Origin: Gemmatimonadota bacterium
Lineage (GTDB): Bacteria > Gemmatimonadota > Gemmatimonadetes > Palauibacterales > KS3-K002
Assembly: GCA_039586795.1 (NCBI GenBank)
Contig: JBDHJS010000007.1
Span: 32,001 to 96,000, forward strand
Reading direction: 5' to 3'
DNA length: 64,000 bases
This document shows, piece after piece, positions 29,076 through 38,892 of the stretch (position 1 is the stretch's first letter; each line of letters opens with the position of its first letter). The position numbers and the translations under genes were made by a program. The notes under the pieces were generated by a model that saw only the letters and a program-made list of their open reading frames with translations, was not told the origin of the DNA and did not search any database.

Positions 29076-29522
29076 AATTTGCAGAATCTGTTCGGCGTGA
29101 CCTTTGGGGCGCACCTTGAGAAAGACGTCCTGGATGACGCCTTCCTCGTCGACGATGAAGGTCGTTCGCAGTACGCCAATGAACGTCTTCCCGTACAGCT
29201 GCTTCTCTCCCCATGCGCCGTAGGCATCCGCCACCGCATGGTCCGGATCGCTGAGCAACGTAAAGGGGAGCTCGTACTTGGTTTTGAACTTCTGATGCGA
29301 CTTCACGCTGTCCGGGCTCACGCCCAGGATCACCGCGCCTTCTCGCTCGATCTCCCGGGTGTGATCACGAAACCCCACCGCCTCGGTAGTGCAACCCGGC
29401 GTATTGTCCTTGGGATAGAAGTAAAGAATGACCTTCTTTCCGCGCAGGTCGGACATCTTTAGCAGCTCGCCGGCGTCCGTCTGAAGCTCGAAATCAGGGG
29501 CTACGTCTCCACTCTTCAGCAC
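29064..29522 (-). CDS. bcp: Peroxiredoxin Bcp/PrxQ
   Basis: YFYPKDNTPGCTTEA, GVSPD, LLSDPD, RTTFIVD. Confidence 0.93.
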   Translation of the reverse strand: MLKSGDVAPDFELQTDAGELLKMSDLRGKKVILYFYPKDNTPGCTTEAVGFRDHTREIEREGAVILGVSPDSVKSHQKFKTKYELPFTLLSDPDHAVADAYGAWGEKQLYGKTFIGVLRTTFIVDEEGVIQDVFLKVRPKGHAEQILQILGG

Positions 29523-29653
29523 TCCGTCCTCCTTATGCAGACATGGGGGCTACATCTGTTCTAGCAAGTTCGAGAGGCCGCGGCAAGGTTCTTGCCTCTT
29601 TGATCGCTCGAGAAGCACTCACATGATGGGACTTCAAAGGCGAGCGGAAGACG

Positions 29654-30133
29654 ATGAGCAACGCGGAAAGAGAGAAGGCGCGCCTCCGGGAACGGCACGA
29701 GGCCCACGTCAGAGCCTGGAACGAGTACGATCTGGGGGCCCTGGGCGAGATCTACGATGCGAACTGCCTCATATTCGATGCTATCGCGCCACCTAAGTCC
29801 CACACTCTGAGTGACTTCCTGACTCACCTGACACCGTTGCTCCAGTCCAACAATGGCTTCCAGCTTCGCACCTTCGACCAAGTTCTGCGCATCGATGAAA
29901 AGGGCGACAGCAAGATTGGCTGGATTACCTCACGCTACGAGGTAGAGGTCCGCTACACCGATGGAATCTACCGCAGGTGTGGCCGCTGGACCGAGATCTA
30001 TGAGCGACAGCTGGAGAACTGGAAGCTGACGCATTTGCACTCGTCCGACGACAGCGCGAACGCTCTGACTAGAAGAGGTTCAGTTGTGGATCGAGCTCGT
30101 CGGGCTCGGTCACTGGCTGGCCGAGGCGTTTGA
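29654..30133 (+). CDS. SnoaL/NTF2-like protein
   Basis: AWNEYDL, GRWTEIY, WKLTHLHSS; 3' end overlaps the convergent DUF72 gene. Confidence 0.75.
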   Translation: MSNAEREKARLRERHEAHVRAWNEYDLGALGEIYDANCLIFDAIAPPKSHTLSDFLTHLTPLLQSNNGFQLRTFDQVLRIDEKGDSKIGWITSRYEVEVRYTDGIYRRCGRWTEIYERQLENWKLTHLHSSDDSANALTRRGSVVDRARRARSLAGRGV

Positions 30134-30878
30134 GCAGCCGCCGTGCACTGGCTGGCGAGTGGCCTTCGTAGTGGTTGTTGAAGAAGCCATAGACCTCCCG
30201 GACCTGACCTGAAAGCTCCTTCAGCACTTTCGCCCACCCGGCGATCTCGGTTGTCCGGTCGAATAGTGTTTCCGCATAGCTATCCAGATGAGGGCGATCA
30301 CCCAACCATCTGAAGTAGGCAATCTCAGAAGTCGGTTTCAATGCTTCCCGCATCACCTGATCCCTGGGAATCCACGGCCCGTCTGACAGCGCCAATCCGA
30401 CATCGGACGATCTGAGCAGATCGCCTACGTCAGCCGTGTGCCAGTCCCGCTGGCGGAATTCAACACAGAACCGGAAACCATCCGGAAGCCGCCGGAGGAA
30501 CGCCTCCAGCACCGCCCGGTCTGCCGGCGTGAAATCAGGTGGCAGCTGCACCAGTATGACGCCGAGCTTCTCCTCGAGGAGCTCTGCTCGCTTGCAGAAC
30601 GTCCTGACTACTTCGTCCCCGCCGCGCAGCCGCTTCTCATGGGTCACTTCGCCGGGAAGCTTGAGGGCGAAGCGGAAGGCATCCGGCGTGCGCTCGCGCC
30701 AGCCAATGAAATGCGAGGCCGGCGGCACTGCGTAGAACGAACTGTCCACCTCCACCGCCGTGAACGCCCTGGCGTAGACGCTCAGATACCGGGAGCTCGG
30801 CGTACCCTCGGGATAGAACGGCCCGGTCCAATCCGGATAGGACCAGCCCTGAGTGCCGATGAAGAATGAAGCCGTCAC
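30069..30878 (-). CDS. DUF72 protein, second paralog
   Basis: GTQGWSYPDW.GPFYP, VEVDSSFY, QLPP, FFNNHYEGHSP. Confidence 0.92.
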   Translation of the reverse strand: MTASFFIGTQGWSYPDWTGPFYPEGTPSSRYLSVYARAFTAVEVDSSFYAVPPASHFIGWRERTPDAFRFALKLPGEVTHEKRLRGGDEVVRTFCKRAELLEEKLGVILVQLPPDFTPADRAVLEAFLRRLPDGFRFCVEFRQRDWHTADVGDLLRSSDVGLALSDGPWIPRDQVMREALKPTSEIAYFRWLGDRPHLDSYAETLFDRTTEIAGWAKVLKELSGQVREVYGFFNNHYEGHSPASARRLLKRLGQPVTEPDELDPQLNLF

Positions 30879-30891
30879 AGGCTATGCAGGA

Positions 30892-31278
30892 TCAGCGACA
30901 TACGATGCGACCTGCCCGCTCGGGGTATGCGTCGAACCCCTCCTCCAGGTGGCACGTGCGGTAGTCGTCCTCGTTGGTGATATCGACCTCGTAGCTCTTA
31001 CCCGATGGGCTCACGCGATAACGGGTCTTATACGGCGCTGGCAGCTTCTTCACACGGTTCCCGCACGTCACTTCGCTGCAGTAGCGATTATGGATCAAAA
31101 ACTCGTCTCGCTGAACGACGCGGAATTCGGACAACCACATCGTCATGGCGTCGACTGTGCCGACATGCGGTTCCACGGTCGGCGACTCACCGGTCGGGAG
31201 GCCTTCTGTACTGATCGTGTGGCTGCACGCCACAGCACATAGCAAGAGCAGGTAATTACCTGCAGGCGCGCCTTTCAT
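30892..31278 (-). CDS. Small Cys-containing lipoprotein with pilin-head-like domain
   Basis: GGAGAGG SD before MKGAP; lipobox AVAC; C-terminal TC...GRIVCR. Confidence 0.55.
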   Translation of the reverse strand: MKGAPAGNYLLLLCAVACSHTISTEGLPTGESPTVEPHVGTVDAMTMWLSEFRVVQRDEFLIHNRYCSEVTCGNRVKKLPAPYKTRYRVSPSGKSYEVDITNEDDYRTCHLEEGFDAYPERAGRIVCR

Positions 31279-31325
31279 CCTCTCCTTACCACCGGAGGAG
31301 ACTCGTTGACCCGACCTAAGATCGC

Positions 31326-32048
31326 CTACGCGCGCCGCGGACGCGAGGGCCTGAGCTCCACCCGACTGGGGAGCGAGCGTTGTTCGTGATTGAGCAACTG
31401 AAGCACGGTTCTGGCCACGTCGTCGGATGTCAGCTTCCAGGACTCCCCCGACGGGTCCCGCTCGTTGAAGTGCGTATCCACTGTTCCCGGCATGACGCAG
31501 CTGACTCGAATGTCGTGTTCCCGCACATCGAGCATCAACGCCTCGGTGAAACCCAGCAACCCGAACTTCGACGCGTTGTAGGCCGTACCGCCGGCAAAAG
31601 CATAGCGTCCGGCCAGGCTTCCTATCGTTATGATCCAGCCGCCCCCACGCTTCTTCATCTCGGGGACGACCTCGTGACAGCAGTAGTAGACGCCGGTCAG
31701 GTTGGTGTCGATCACCTGGTGCCACGCCTCCGGCTCGATCTCGTCGACGGACCCGAAGCCACCGCCAACCCCGGCGTTGGCGATGAGGATGTCGACACCG
31801 CCGAACTCCTTCACCGCCGTCCGCACCAATTGCCGCACGTCTTCCATGCGCCGCACGTCTACGCCGAGCCCCACGACACGGCCACCGCCCGCCCCATCTA
31901 TCTCCTTCCCAGAGCGCTCGGCCTCTGCGGCGCTCCGGGCGCAAAGCGCTACATCGGCTCCGGCGGCGGCCAATGAGCTGGCGATTGCATGACCGATCCC
32001 TTTGCTGCCACCGGTCACCAACGCAGCCTTCCCTTTCAGATCCAGCAT
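31326..32048 (-). CDS. Short-chain dehydrogenase/reductase
   Basis: TGGSKGIG, ANAG, YNASK, PGTVDT. Confidence 0.93.
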   Translation of the reverse strand: MLDLKGKAALVTGGSKGIGHAIASSLAAAGADVALCARSAAEAERSGKEIDGAGGGRVVGLGVDVRRMEDVRQLVRTAVKEFGGVDILIANAGVGGGFGSVDEIEPEAWHQVIDTNLTGVYYCCHEVVPEMKKRGGGWIITIGSLAGRYAFAGGTAYNASKFGLLGFTEALMLDVREHDIRVSCVMPGTVDTHFNERDPSGESWKLTSDDVARTVLQLLNHEQRSLPSRVELRPSRPRRA

Positions 32049-32231
32049 TATCTCAAGGCTCCTGGCTCGATTCTCTAAACTCAAGTGTTCGTTGCCGGTT
32101 CAGACTGGTCCCGCTACCACGCTCGCGCAAGCTGATGGAAAGCTGAAGGCGCGTCAGCGTCAGAACCGCGAATCGTATTCCTTTCAGCTCAGGCATGTGA
32201 ATCCAATGACTATTAGATGGAATATGCTCCA

Positions 32232-32280
32232 TTACATGTAAATTGTATCACTTGCCAACGCCGGGCTGTCTGTCTATATT
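32232..32280 (+). promoter_or_regulatory. Sigma70-type promoter with upstream 10-bp palindrome
   Basis: TTGCCA(32252)-N17-TATATT(32275); TTACATGTAA at 32232-32241. Confidence 0.6.
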
Positions 32281-32469
32281 CTTCGCACGTAGGACCCCGC
32301 CTATCCCCCAGCCGTTCAACAGGTTGGGCCTCCCCAGGGTGATTCTAACTGGAAGTGCAGGCCCCCGTGTCATGCGAGTCGGATTACCGTTGCTGTCGGG
32401 GTACGCTCGTGACGGAGTCGAGCACGACTATGTAGCAGTACTTCAGGTCCACTTCACAAGAGAGGTACA

Positions 32470-33090
32470 ATGAAGAAAGCGCTGTTGGGAATGGCATTGG
32501 TTTTCGGCCTCGGTCTGGCCGGGATCAGCGACGCTCAGGCCCAGGGGATCACACTCGGTGCACAGGGTGGTTACAACTACTCTCAGATCTCCGATATCCC
32601 CACCGGTATCGACGAAATTGGCGACAAGGGCGGCCTGATCGTGGGAGCTTTCGTCGACATCCAGTTCCACAAGTTGATTTTCGTGAGCGTGGAAGGGAAC
32701 TACGTCGAGCGAAAGGCCGAGCTAACGGAAACGGGCGTGACCGGCGATTTCAAGCAGAACTACATCGACATCCCGGCGCTCTTGGGCGTGCGGCTCATGA
32801 GCGGCATGCTCCAGCCCGTGCTCTACGCGGGCGGGATGGTCTCATTCGAGACTAAGTGTACTTTGTCGACCGACCTGCTTTCTGAGAGTTGCGCAAATCT
32901 GGACTTTGGCACAGAGAGCAACGTCTGGAGCGCGGTCTTTGGCGGCGGCCTCGACATCGCACTATCGGTGGTAAGGCTCAATGCTGACATCCGGTACAAC
33001 CTCGGGCTGTCAGGGGTCGTCGAGGACGAAGACGCCAAGTGGAACAGCTGGATGGCGCTTGTTGGCATCGGTTTCGGACTCGGTGGCTGA
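32470..33090 (+). CDS. Outer-membrane beta-barrel (PorT/OMP_b-brl_2-like)
   Basis: AGAGG SD; signal AQA-Q; NYIDIPAL, DIRYNLGLS. Confidence 0.8.
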   Translation: MKKALLGMALVFGLGLAGISDAQAQGITLGAQGGYNYSQISDIPTGIDEIGDKGGLIVGAFVDIQFHKLIFVSVEGNYVERKAELTETGVTGDFKQNYIDIPALLGVRLMSGMLQPVLYAGGMVSFETKCTLSTDLLSESCANLDFGTESNVWSAVFGGGLDIALSVVRLNADIRYNLGLSGVVEDEDAKWNSWMALVGIGFGLGG

Positions 33091-33125
33091 TCTCAGGCTT
33101 CTAGCTGAATTACCTTGAGTGGCAT

Positions 33126-33161
33126 GCGGGCCCGCAGCTTCTGCGGGCCCGCTTTCTTGTT
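33126..33161 (+). terminator. Intrinsic terminator
   Basis: GCGGGCCCGCAG-ctt-CTGCGGGCCCGC perfect 12-bp stem plus TTTCTTGTT. Confidence 0.85.
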
Positions 33162-33176
33162 GCTGCCACACCGCTC

Positions 33177-33869
33177 CTACTCGTCGGAGATCTCTAGCCC
33201 GCGCAGCACGGGTTCCAATACGGCCCACACATTTGCTGCAACGATCGCCTGGCCCTCAGCGGTCGGGTGGTTCCCATCCGGCTGGTTCAACTCCGGTATG
33301 CCCGCCACGCCATCCAACAAGAAGGGGATAAGCTCGGCATCGTTCGCTTCCGCCAAATCCAAGAAGACCTCCGCAAAAGCGACTGCGTACCGCTCGCCCA
33401 GATTAGGCGCTGCCTGCATCCCCGCGATCACGAGGGCGGCTTCGGGATGCGCCGACCTGGTTCGATGGATGATCTCCTGCAGGTTAGCTCGCATCGCCGG
33501 GATATCTTGGCCCCGCAACATGTCGTTGGCCCCCAACTCCAGCACTAGCACCGCCAACGGCTGACGCAGCAGCCAATCGATCCGACGCAGACCGCCCGCG
33601 GATGTCTCTCCGCTGACGCCAGCGTTGACAGCCCTAAAGTTCAGGCCTGCGGAGTCGATCTTCGCCTGGATCAGCGCCGGATAGGCCTGTTCAGGCGATA
33701 GGCCCATGCCGGCGGTCAGGCTGGTGCCAAGGAACAGGACGGCGGGAGCGGTCGTTTCGCTTGCCGAATCGTCCGGAGATTGCGACCGTACAGCGGAATC
33801 CGAACTCTCACCTCCTCCACAGGCGAGGCCAAGCGCGGCGAATCCGCAGGCGAGTAACTTTCGAACCAT
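33177..33869 (-). CDS. tesA: Arylesterase/SGNH hydrolase, lipoprotein
   Basis: LFLGTSLTAG, NAGVSGETSAGG, ELGANDMLRG, DGNHP; lipobox GLAC; divergent from ybbAP. Confidence 0.85.
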   Translation of the reverse strand: MVRKLLACGFAALGLACGGGESSDSAVRSQSPDDSASETTAPAVLFLGTSLTAGMGLSPEQAYPALIQAKIDSAGLNFRAVNAGVSGETSAGGLRRIDWLLRQPLAVLVLELGANDMLRGQDIPAMRANLQEIIHRTRSAHPEAALVIAGMQAAPNLGERYAVAFAEVFLDLAEANDAELIPFLLDGVAGIPELNQPDGNHPTAEGQAIVAANVWAVLEPVLRGLEISDE

Positions 33870-34566
33870 GATGATCGTCACCAAAGGACTCGAGCAAACC
33901 TACATGAGCGGCGACCGACCGCTCACGGTGCTCAAGGATATCGACTTCGAGATCGAGGCCGGCGACGCCGTCGCCATCGTTGGGCCTTCCGGCTCGGGCA
34001 AGACTACCCTGCTCGGCCTTTTGGCCGGTCTCGATTTGCCGTCCGGCGGCACGGTCGCTCTCGACGGCCAGGATCTGAGCGAGCTCTCCGAGGACGAGCG
34101 CGCCACGCTACGAGCCGACAAGGTAGGGTTCGTCTTTCAGAGTTTCCAGCTCATCCCGACGCTCACGGCGTTGGAGAACGTTCTCGTGCCCATCGAGCTG
34201 CAGGCGGACGGTGCGGCTGATGCCGATGAGGCGGAGCGTCGAGCCACCGAGCTGCTGGAGCGAGTCGGCCTTGGCGATCGAACGCACCACTACCCTGCCC
34301 AGCTGTCCGGCGGCGAACAGCAGCGGGTCGGACTTGCGCGAGCGTTCGCCAACCGTCCGAAGATCCTGATGGCCGACGAACCCACCGGAAATCTGGACGC
34401 GGATACGGGCGCCCATGTGATCGATCTCATGGTCAAGCTCAACCGCGAGGAGGGCACGACGCTAGTGCTGGTCACGCACGACACGGAACTGGCCTCCCGG
34501 GCGCATCGGATCGTTCGGTTGAGCGGCGGTCAAGTGATCAGCGACCAGAGGACGAGTCCGTCGTGA
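33868..34566 (+). CDS. ybbA: ABC transporter ATP-binding protein (YbbA-like)
   Basis: GPSGSGKTT, LSGGEQQR, ADEPTGNLD; tesA-ybbA-ybbP synteny. Confidence 0.85.
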   Translation: MMIVTKGLEQTYMSGDRPLTVLKDIDFEIEAGDAVAIVGPSGSGKTTLLGLLAGLDLPSGGTVALDGQDLSELSEDERATLRADKVGFVFQSFQLIPTLTALENVLVPIELQADGAADADEAERRATELLERVGLGDRTHHYPAQLSGGEQQRVGLARAFANRPKILMADEPTGNLDADTGAHVIDLMVKLNREEGTTLVLVTHDTELASRAHRIVRLSGGQVISDQRTSPS

Positions 34567-37112
34567 GCGTTCGCTTCACGCTGCGGATGGCCAAGCGAGA
34601 GAGCCGCTCTACGCGTCGCCGTCTGGTCCTCTACATCATAGCCATAACCCTTGGCGTTGCGGCGCTGGTCGCGATCAACTCGTTCCGCGCCAATGTCACT
34701 TCCGCCGTGAGCAGTCAAGCGCGGGCGCTGCTGGGTGCCGACCTCGTGATGGGAAGTCGCTGGACGTTCCCCGACGACATTTTGGCGCTCATCGACTCGC
34801 TGGAGACGGAAGGCGCCGAGACTTCATGGGTGACTTCGTTCTCCTCCATGGCGTTGGCCACTCGGTCAGGACTCACGCGGCTCGTCGAGATACAGGCACC
34901 AAGCGGTGGCTACCCCTTCTATGGTGAACTGACCACCGATCCGCCCGGCATTTGGGAGTCGTTCCGTGATTCACGACAGGCGTTGGTCGATCCCGCAGTA
35001 CTGGTTCAGCTCGATACCGAACTGGGGGACACGCTGGCCATCGGCGAAGCGCGCTTCGTGATTGCCGGTACGGTAACCAGCGTGCCCGGCGACATCGGGT
35101 TGCGCTCGGTATTCGGGGCGCGTGTTTACATCCCCGAGCCCTTCGTAGAAGAAACTGGTCTGCTGCGTTTCGGGAGCGTCTCGTTCACGCAGGCCTTCCT
35201 GAGGATCGATGATACCCCGGAGAACATCGATGCCTTTGTAGAGGCGGAGGACTCACTCTTCGAGGCCAACAGAGTCTGGAACACAACCGTTATCGAGTAC
35301 GAGGAGGATCTGACGGAAGGCCTGGAGGATATGAGCAGCTTCCTCGCGCTCATCGGCCTCGTCGCCCTGCTGCTCGGTGGTGTTGGCGTGGCGAGCGGTG
35401 TTCATGTGTTCGTCAGCGAGAAGCTGGACACGGCCGCTGTGCTTCGCTGCCTGGGCGCTCGTCAGCGACAGACCTTCGCGATCTACCTACTACAGGCCGG
35501 CGCCATGGGCGCTATCGGCGCGATCGTGGGAGTCGCGCTAGGCCTCGGCGTGCAAGCCCTCGTTCCCAGCGTGCTCCGCGACTTCCTCCCGCTGGATGTA
35601 CCCTTCACGCTGGTCTGGCCGGCGATCGCCGCCGGCTTCGGTATCGGCCTCTGGATTTCGCTTTTGTTTGCTGTCTTGCCGCTGCTTCGGATCAAAGACG
35701 TGGCCCCGCTCCGCGCCCTGCGGAGAGATTACGAGCGATCGAAGGGTCGTCGCGATCCGTGGCGGATCGCCACCTACTGCACGTTCCTCCTCACGCTACT
35801 GGTTCTCACCGTGTGGCAGGCGCCGGAGCCCGCGGTCGGGATCGCCTTCGCGATCGCCGCCGTGGTTACCGCCTTCGCCCTCGGGCTTACGGCGTGGGGC
35901 TTGATGAAAGTGACCCGGCGCTTCTTCCCGAGGCGCGCTCGCTTCGCCGTACGCCAGGGTATGTCCAACCTGTTTCGCCCGCACAATCAGACGGTAGCGG
36001 TCACGCTGGCCATCGGCTCCGGCGTCTTCCTGATCGCGCTGGTGTACGTTGTGCAGCGCAACCTGCTCGATCAGGTAACCCTACAAACGAGACCGGACCG
36101 CCCGAATATCGTGTTGTTCGACATCCAGCCTGACCAGGAAGATGGTGTCGTCAACATCCTGAACGGACGCGACGCTCCCGTGCTGGAGCGTGCGCCTATC
36201 GTACCCGCACGCCTCGTACACCTGGGAGATCGGACCGTCGAGGAAGTCCTCGCCGATACCGTTGGACCACGTGTACCGCGTTGGGCCCTGCTGCGTGAGT
36301 ATCGTCACACCTACCGAGACTCCCTTGTCGGCTCGGAGGTTTCGGTGGAAGGCGCGTGGCCACCCCCCGAGTCGGGGACGGAAGACGCGATCGCCAGGGT
36401 GTCGATCGAAGCCGATATAGCCGAGGAGCTGAACGTTGAGATCGGCGACCGGATCAGCTGGGATATCCAAGGCGTGCCCGTGGAAACCGAGATCGTCAAC
36501 ATCCGTCGCGTAGACTGGGTTCGGTTCGAGCCGAACTTCTTCTTCGTGTTCGAGTCCGGTGTACTGGACGACGCTCCACAGAGCCTGCTCATGCTATCAC
36601 GCATCGACGACCCGATAGCGCGGGCGGAGCTCCAGAGAGATATCGTCAAGGACCACCCCAACGTCGCCACCATCGACATCACGGTCATCATTAACGCCAT
36701 TGATGCCATTCTCAGCAAAGTCGCGTTAGCGATTCGCTTCATGGCTCTATTCAGCATAGGCGCCGGCATCGTGATACTCATCGGCGCCATCGCGACATCG
36801 CGGTACCAGCGGGCCCGTGAGTCGGTGTTGTTAAAGACACTCGGCGCCCGATCGCGCATCATCGCCCGTATCCTTGCAACCGAATACTTCGCCCTCGGCT
36901 CGTTCGCGGGACTGGCGGGGGTTGCCCTGGCCGCCATCGGTGGCTGGGCCGCTATCGTGTTTCTGTTCAAGATGAGCTTCCACCTGCCAGCGTTACCGCT
37001 CATCGGTATCTGGATCGCGACGGCGGCACTGACCACAGCGATCGGGATGGCGAACAGCCGGGACGTGATGCGGAGGACGCCGTTGGCGGGCATGAGAGAC
37101 TTCGCGGAGTAA
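34563..37112 (+). CDS. ybbP: Duplicated FtsX/MacB-type ABC permease (YbbP-like)
   Basis: ARALLGADL, GYPFYG, PNIVLFDIQPDQ, RRVDW..FEPNFF, LLKTLGA. Confidence 0.85.
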   Translation: MSVRFTLRMAKRESRSTRRRLVLYIIAITLGVAALVAINSFRANVTSAVSSQARALLGADLVMGSRWTFPDDILALIDSLETEGAETSWVTSFSSMALATRSGLTRLVEIQAPSGGYPFYGELTTDPPGIWESFRDSRQALVDPAVLVQLDTELGDTLAIGEARFVIAGTVTSVPGDIGLRSVFGARVYIPEPFVEETGLLRFGSVSFTQAFLRIDDTPENIDAFVEAEDSLFEANRVWNTTVIEYEEDLTEGLEDMSSFLALIGLVALLLGGVGVASGVHVFVSEKLDTAAVLRCLGARQRQTFAIYLLQAGAMGAIGAIVGVALGLGVQALVPSVLRDFLPLDVPFTLVWPAIAAGFGIGLWISLLFAVLPLLRIKDVAPLRALRRDYERSKGRRDPWRIATYCTFLLTLLVLTVWQAPEPAVGIAFAIAAVVTAFALGLTAWGLMKVTRRFFPRRARFAVRQGMSNLFRPHNQTVAVTLAIGSGVFLIALVYVVQRNLLDQVTLQTRPDRPNIVLFDIQPDQEDGVVNILNGRDAPVLERAPIVPARLVHLGDRTVEEVLADTVGPRVPRWALLREYRHTYRDSLVGSEVSVEGAWPPPESGTEDAIARVSIEADIAEELNVEIGDRISWDIQGVPVETEIVNIRRVDWVRFEPNFFFVFESGVLDDAPQSLLMLSRIDDPIARAELQRDIVKDHPNVATIDITVIINAIDAILSKVALAIRFMALFSIGAGIVILIGAIATSRYQRARESVLLKTLGARSRIIARILATEYFALGSFAGLAGVALAAIGGWAAIVFLFKMSFHLPALPLIGIWIATAALTTAIGMANSRDVMRRTPLAGMRDFAE

Positions 37113-37121
37113 TAGAGTCCA

Positions 37122-38390
37122 GTGAGCCGATCGGAGCTGTCAGGGTCTGAGGCTACACTTGTTCGGGATGGCGAACTGTGGTGCGAAGACGTCCGGCTCG
37201 CAGAGATCGGTGACGCCGTCGGCACTCCGTGCTACGTCTACAGCGAACACATCATCAGGAGCCGCTTCACTTCCTTTGCGTCCACCTTCAAAGATGTTGA
37301 TCATCGCGTCTTCTACTCTGTGAAGGCCAACCACAACCTCGCGGTGCTCGAGACGCTACGCGGTCTCGGCGCTGGGGCGGATGTGGTTTCCGTCGGCGAG
37401 CTCCACCGAGCCAAGCTCGCCGGATTCGCAGGCAGCGACATTGTCTTTGGGGGCGTGGGAAAACGGAACGATGAGTTGGAAGCCGCATTGGCGGCCGAGA
37501 TCTTTTTGGTCAACGTGGAGTCCGAGAGCGAGCTATGCCGCCTCAGCGAAGCGGCCGCCCGCCAGGGGACCGTCGCCCGCGTTGGAATCCGAGTCAACCC
37601 CGGCGTCGAAGCGTCTACGCACAGCTACACCCAGACCGGACACTACGGAACGAAGTTCGGTGTCGCCCGGGAGGATGCGGTGGATGTCTATGCTCGCGCC
37701 GCCGAGTTGAGCGGCATCGAGCCGCGAGGTATCAACGCACATATTGGTTCGCAGATTCTCCAGCCCGAGCCCTACCAGCAAACTCTTCAGCTGCTGGTTG
37801 ATCTCGTTCGGGACATTCGAAGGCGCAGGCTGCAAGTCGACTACATCGACATCGGGGGCGGTTTCGGTATCCGGCACGACACGGGCGCGGGGATAGATCT
37901 AGACGCCGTAGCGCATATGGCCGTCGAAGCCTGCTCGGACATCGACGTCGTTTTGCTGTTCGAACCCGGACGCTGGCTGGTCGCGCCCGCCGGCATCCTC
38001 CTGACGAGGGTGCTCTATACGAAACAGCTCGGCGACCGCGTGTACTGTGTGACCGACACGGGTTCTAATGATTTCATGCGACCCAGCTACTACAGCGCGC
38101 ACCACCCTATCGAAGCGGTACGAGACGGGCCGCGCGAGGTGACGGCAGATGTCGTTGGACCGGTCTGCGAGACCGGGGACTTCCTGGGCCGTGACCGTAA
38201 ACTGCCGAAGCTTGGGGAGGGAGACCTGTTAGCTGTGATGTACGCGGGAGCCTACGGCCTCGTGATGAGCTCCAACTATAACTCGCGGCCCCGGGCTGCC
38301 GAAGTTCTGGTCGCCGGCAGCAGCTACCGCGTTGTGCGACGTCGAGAATCGCTCGATGATCTCGTCGCGCTGGAGCGCGACAACGCTTAG
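37122..38390 (+). CDS. lysA: Diaminopimelate decarboxylase
   Basis: GTPCYVYS, YSVKAN, HIGSQI, DIGGG, EPGR, GPVCETGD, MSSNYNSRPR. Confidence 0.95.
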   Translation: MSRSELSGSEATLVRDGELWCEDVRLAEIGDAVGTPCYVYSEHIIRSRFTSFASTFKDVDHRVFYSVKANHNLAVLETLRGLGAGADVVSVGELHRAKLAGFAGSDIVFGGVGKRNDELEAALAAEIFLVNVESESELCRLSEAAARQGTVARVGIRVNPGVEASTHSYTQTGHYGTKFGVAREDAVDVYARAAELSGIEPRGINAHIGSQILQPEPYQQTLQLLVDLVRDIRRRRLQVDYIDIGGGFGIRHDTGAGIDLDAVAHMAVEACSDIDVVLLFEPGRWLVAPAGILLTRVLYTKQLGDRVYCVTDTGSNDFMRPSYYSAHHPIEAVRDGPREVTADVVGPVCETGDFLGRDRKLPKLGEGDLLAVMYAGAYGLVMSSNYNSRPRAAEVLVAGSSYRVVRRRESLDDLVALERDNA

Positions 38391-38881
38391 CCGCGTCCCT
38401 CGCGCTTCCGCTGAGCCCGATGTTCCTGCCAGTGGCGCAGCAGCTCCTCGAGCTCGTGCTCCATGAATCGGTAGAAATCCAGCTTCTCTTCCAACCGCTT
38501 CGTCCGCCCCTCGCCTTCCGATTCCAGAGCATCGAGCCCCTGCTCGGTCAGCGCCCGGGCCTCAACCGCACCCGCGATCCGCTGGCGCAGCATCCCTTCC
38601 AGCCCGCCCGGCTTCAGGCGGTAATGGCTCGCCCGAGCACCACGCAAGCCGACACGCTCGACCAGGCCCATGCTCTCCAGCAGACGCGTGTTGGTGCTGA
38701 CCGATGCCTTGCTGACGTGCAGCGCCTCGACCAGTTCCTGGGCGGACTGTTCCGGTGGCTCGCAGACGTAAAGCCATCCCCAAATCCTACCGGCGGTGCG
38801 GGGCAGCCCCCAGCGAGCGAAGAGCAGCCCCCAGCTTTCGGCGTAGCCGGAAAGGGCTTCGAAAAGGTCGGGCTGGCTCAT
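38387..38881 (-). CDS. GbsR/MarR family transcriptional regulator
   Basis: WGLPRTAGRIWGWL, SKASVSTNTRLLE winged HTH. Confidence 0.88.
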   Translation of the reverse strand: MSQPDLFEALSGYAESWGLLFARWGLPRTAGRIWGWLYVCEPPEQSAQELVEALHVSKASVSTNTRLLESMGLVERVGLRGARASHYRLKPGGLEGMLRQRIAGAVEARALTEQGLDALESEGEGRTKRLEEKLDFYRFMEHELEELLRHWQEHRAQRKREGRG

Positions 38882-38892
38882 AGGCGAAATTC

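Noticed and set aside
30069..30133. 65-nt convergent overlap of the NTF2 and DUF72 genes
   Set aside because: Probably a run-on tail after the NTF2 domain ends; no sign of function.
18437..30878. Two DUF72 genes plus macro domain (and distant MutS-like and AlkD-like genes) as a DNA-repair or defence island
   Set aside because: Scattered, differently oriented and interleaved with housekeeping genes; no operon evidence.
31279..31944. N-terminal part of the 350-aa ORF 30892-31944
   Set aside because: Arg-rich alternative frame over the SDR gene; only the part from 31278 has an SD and signal.
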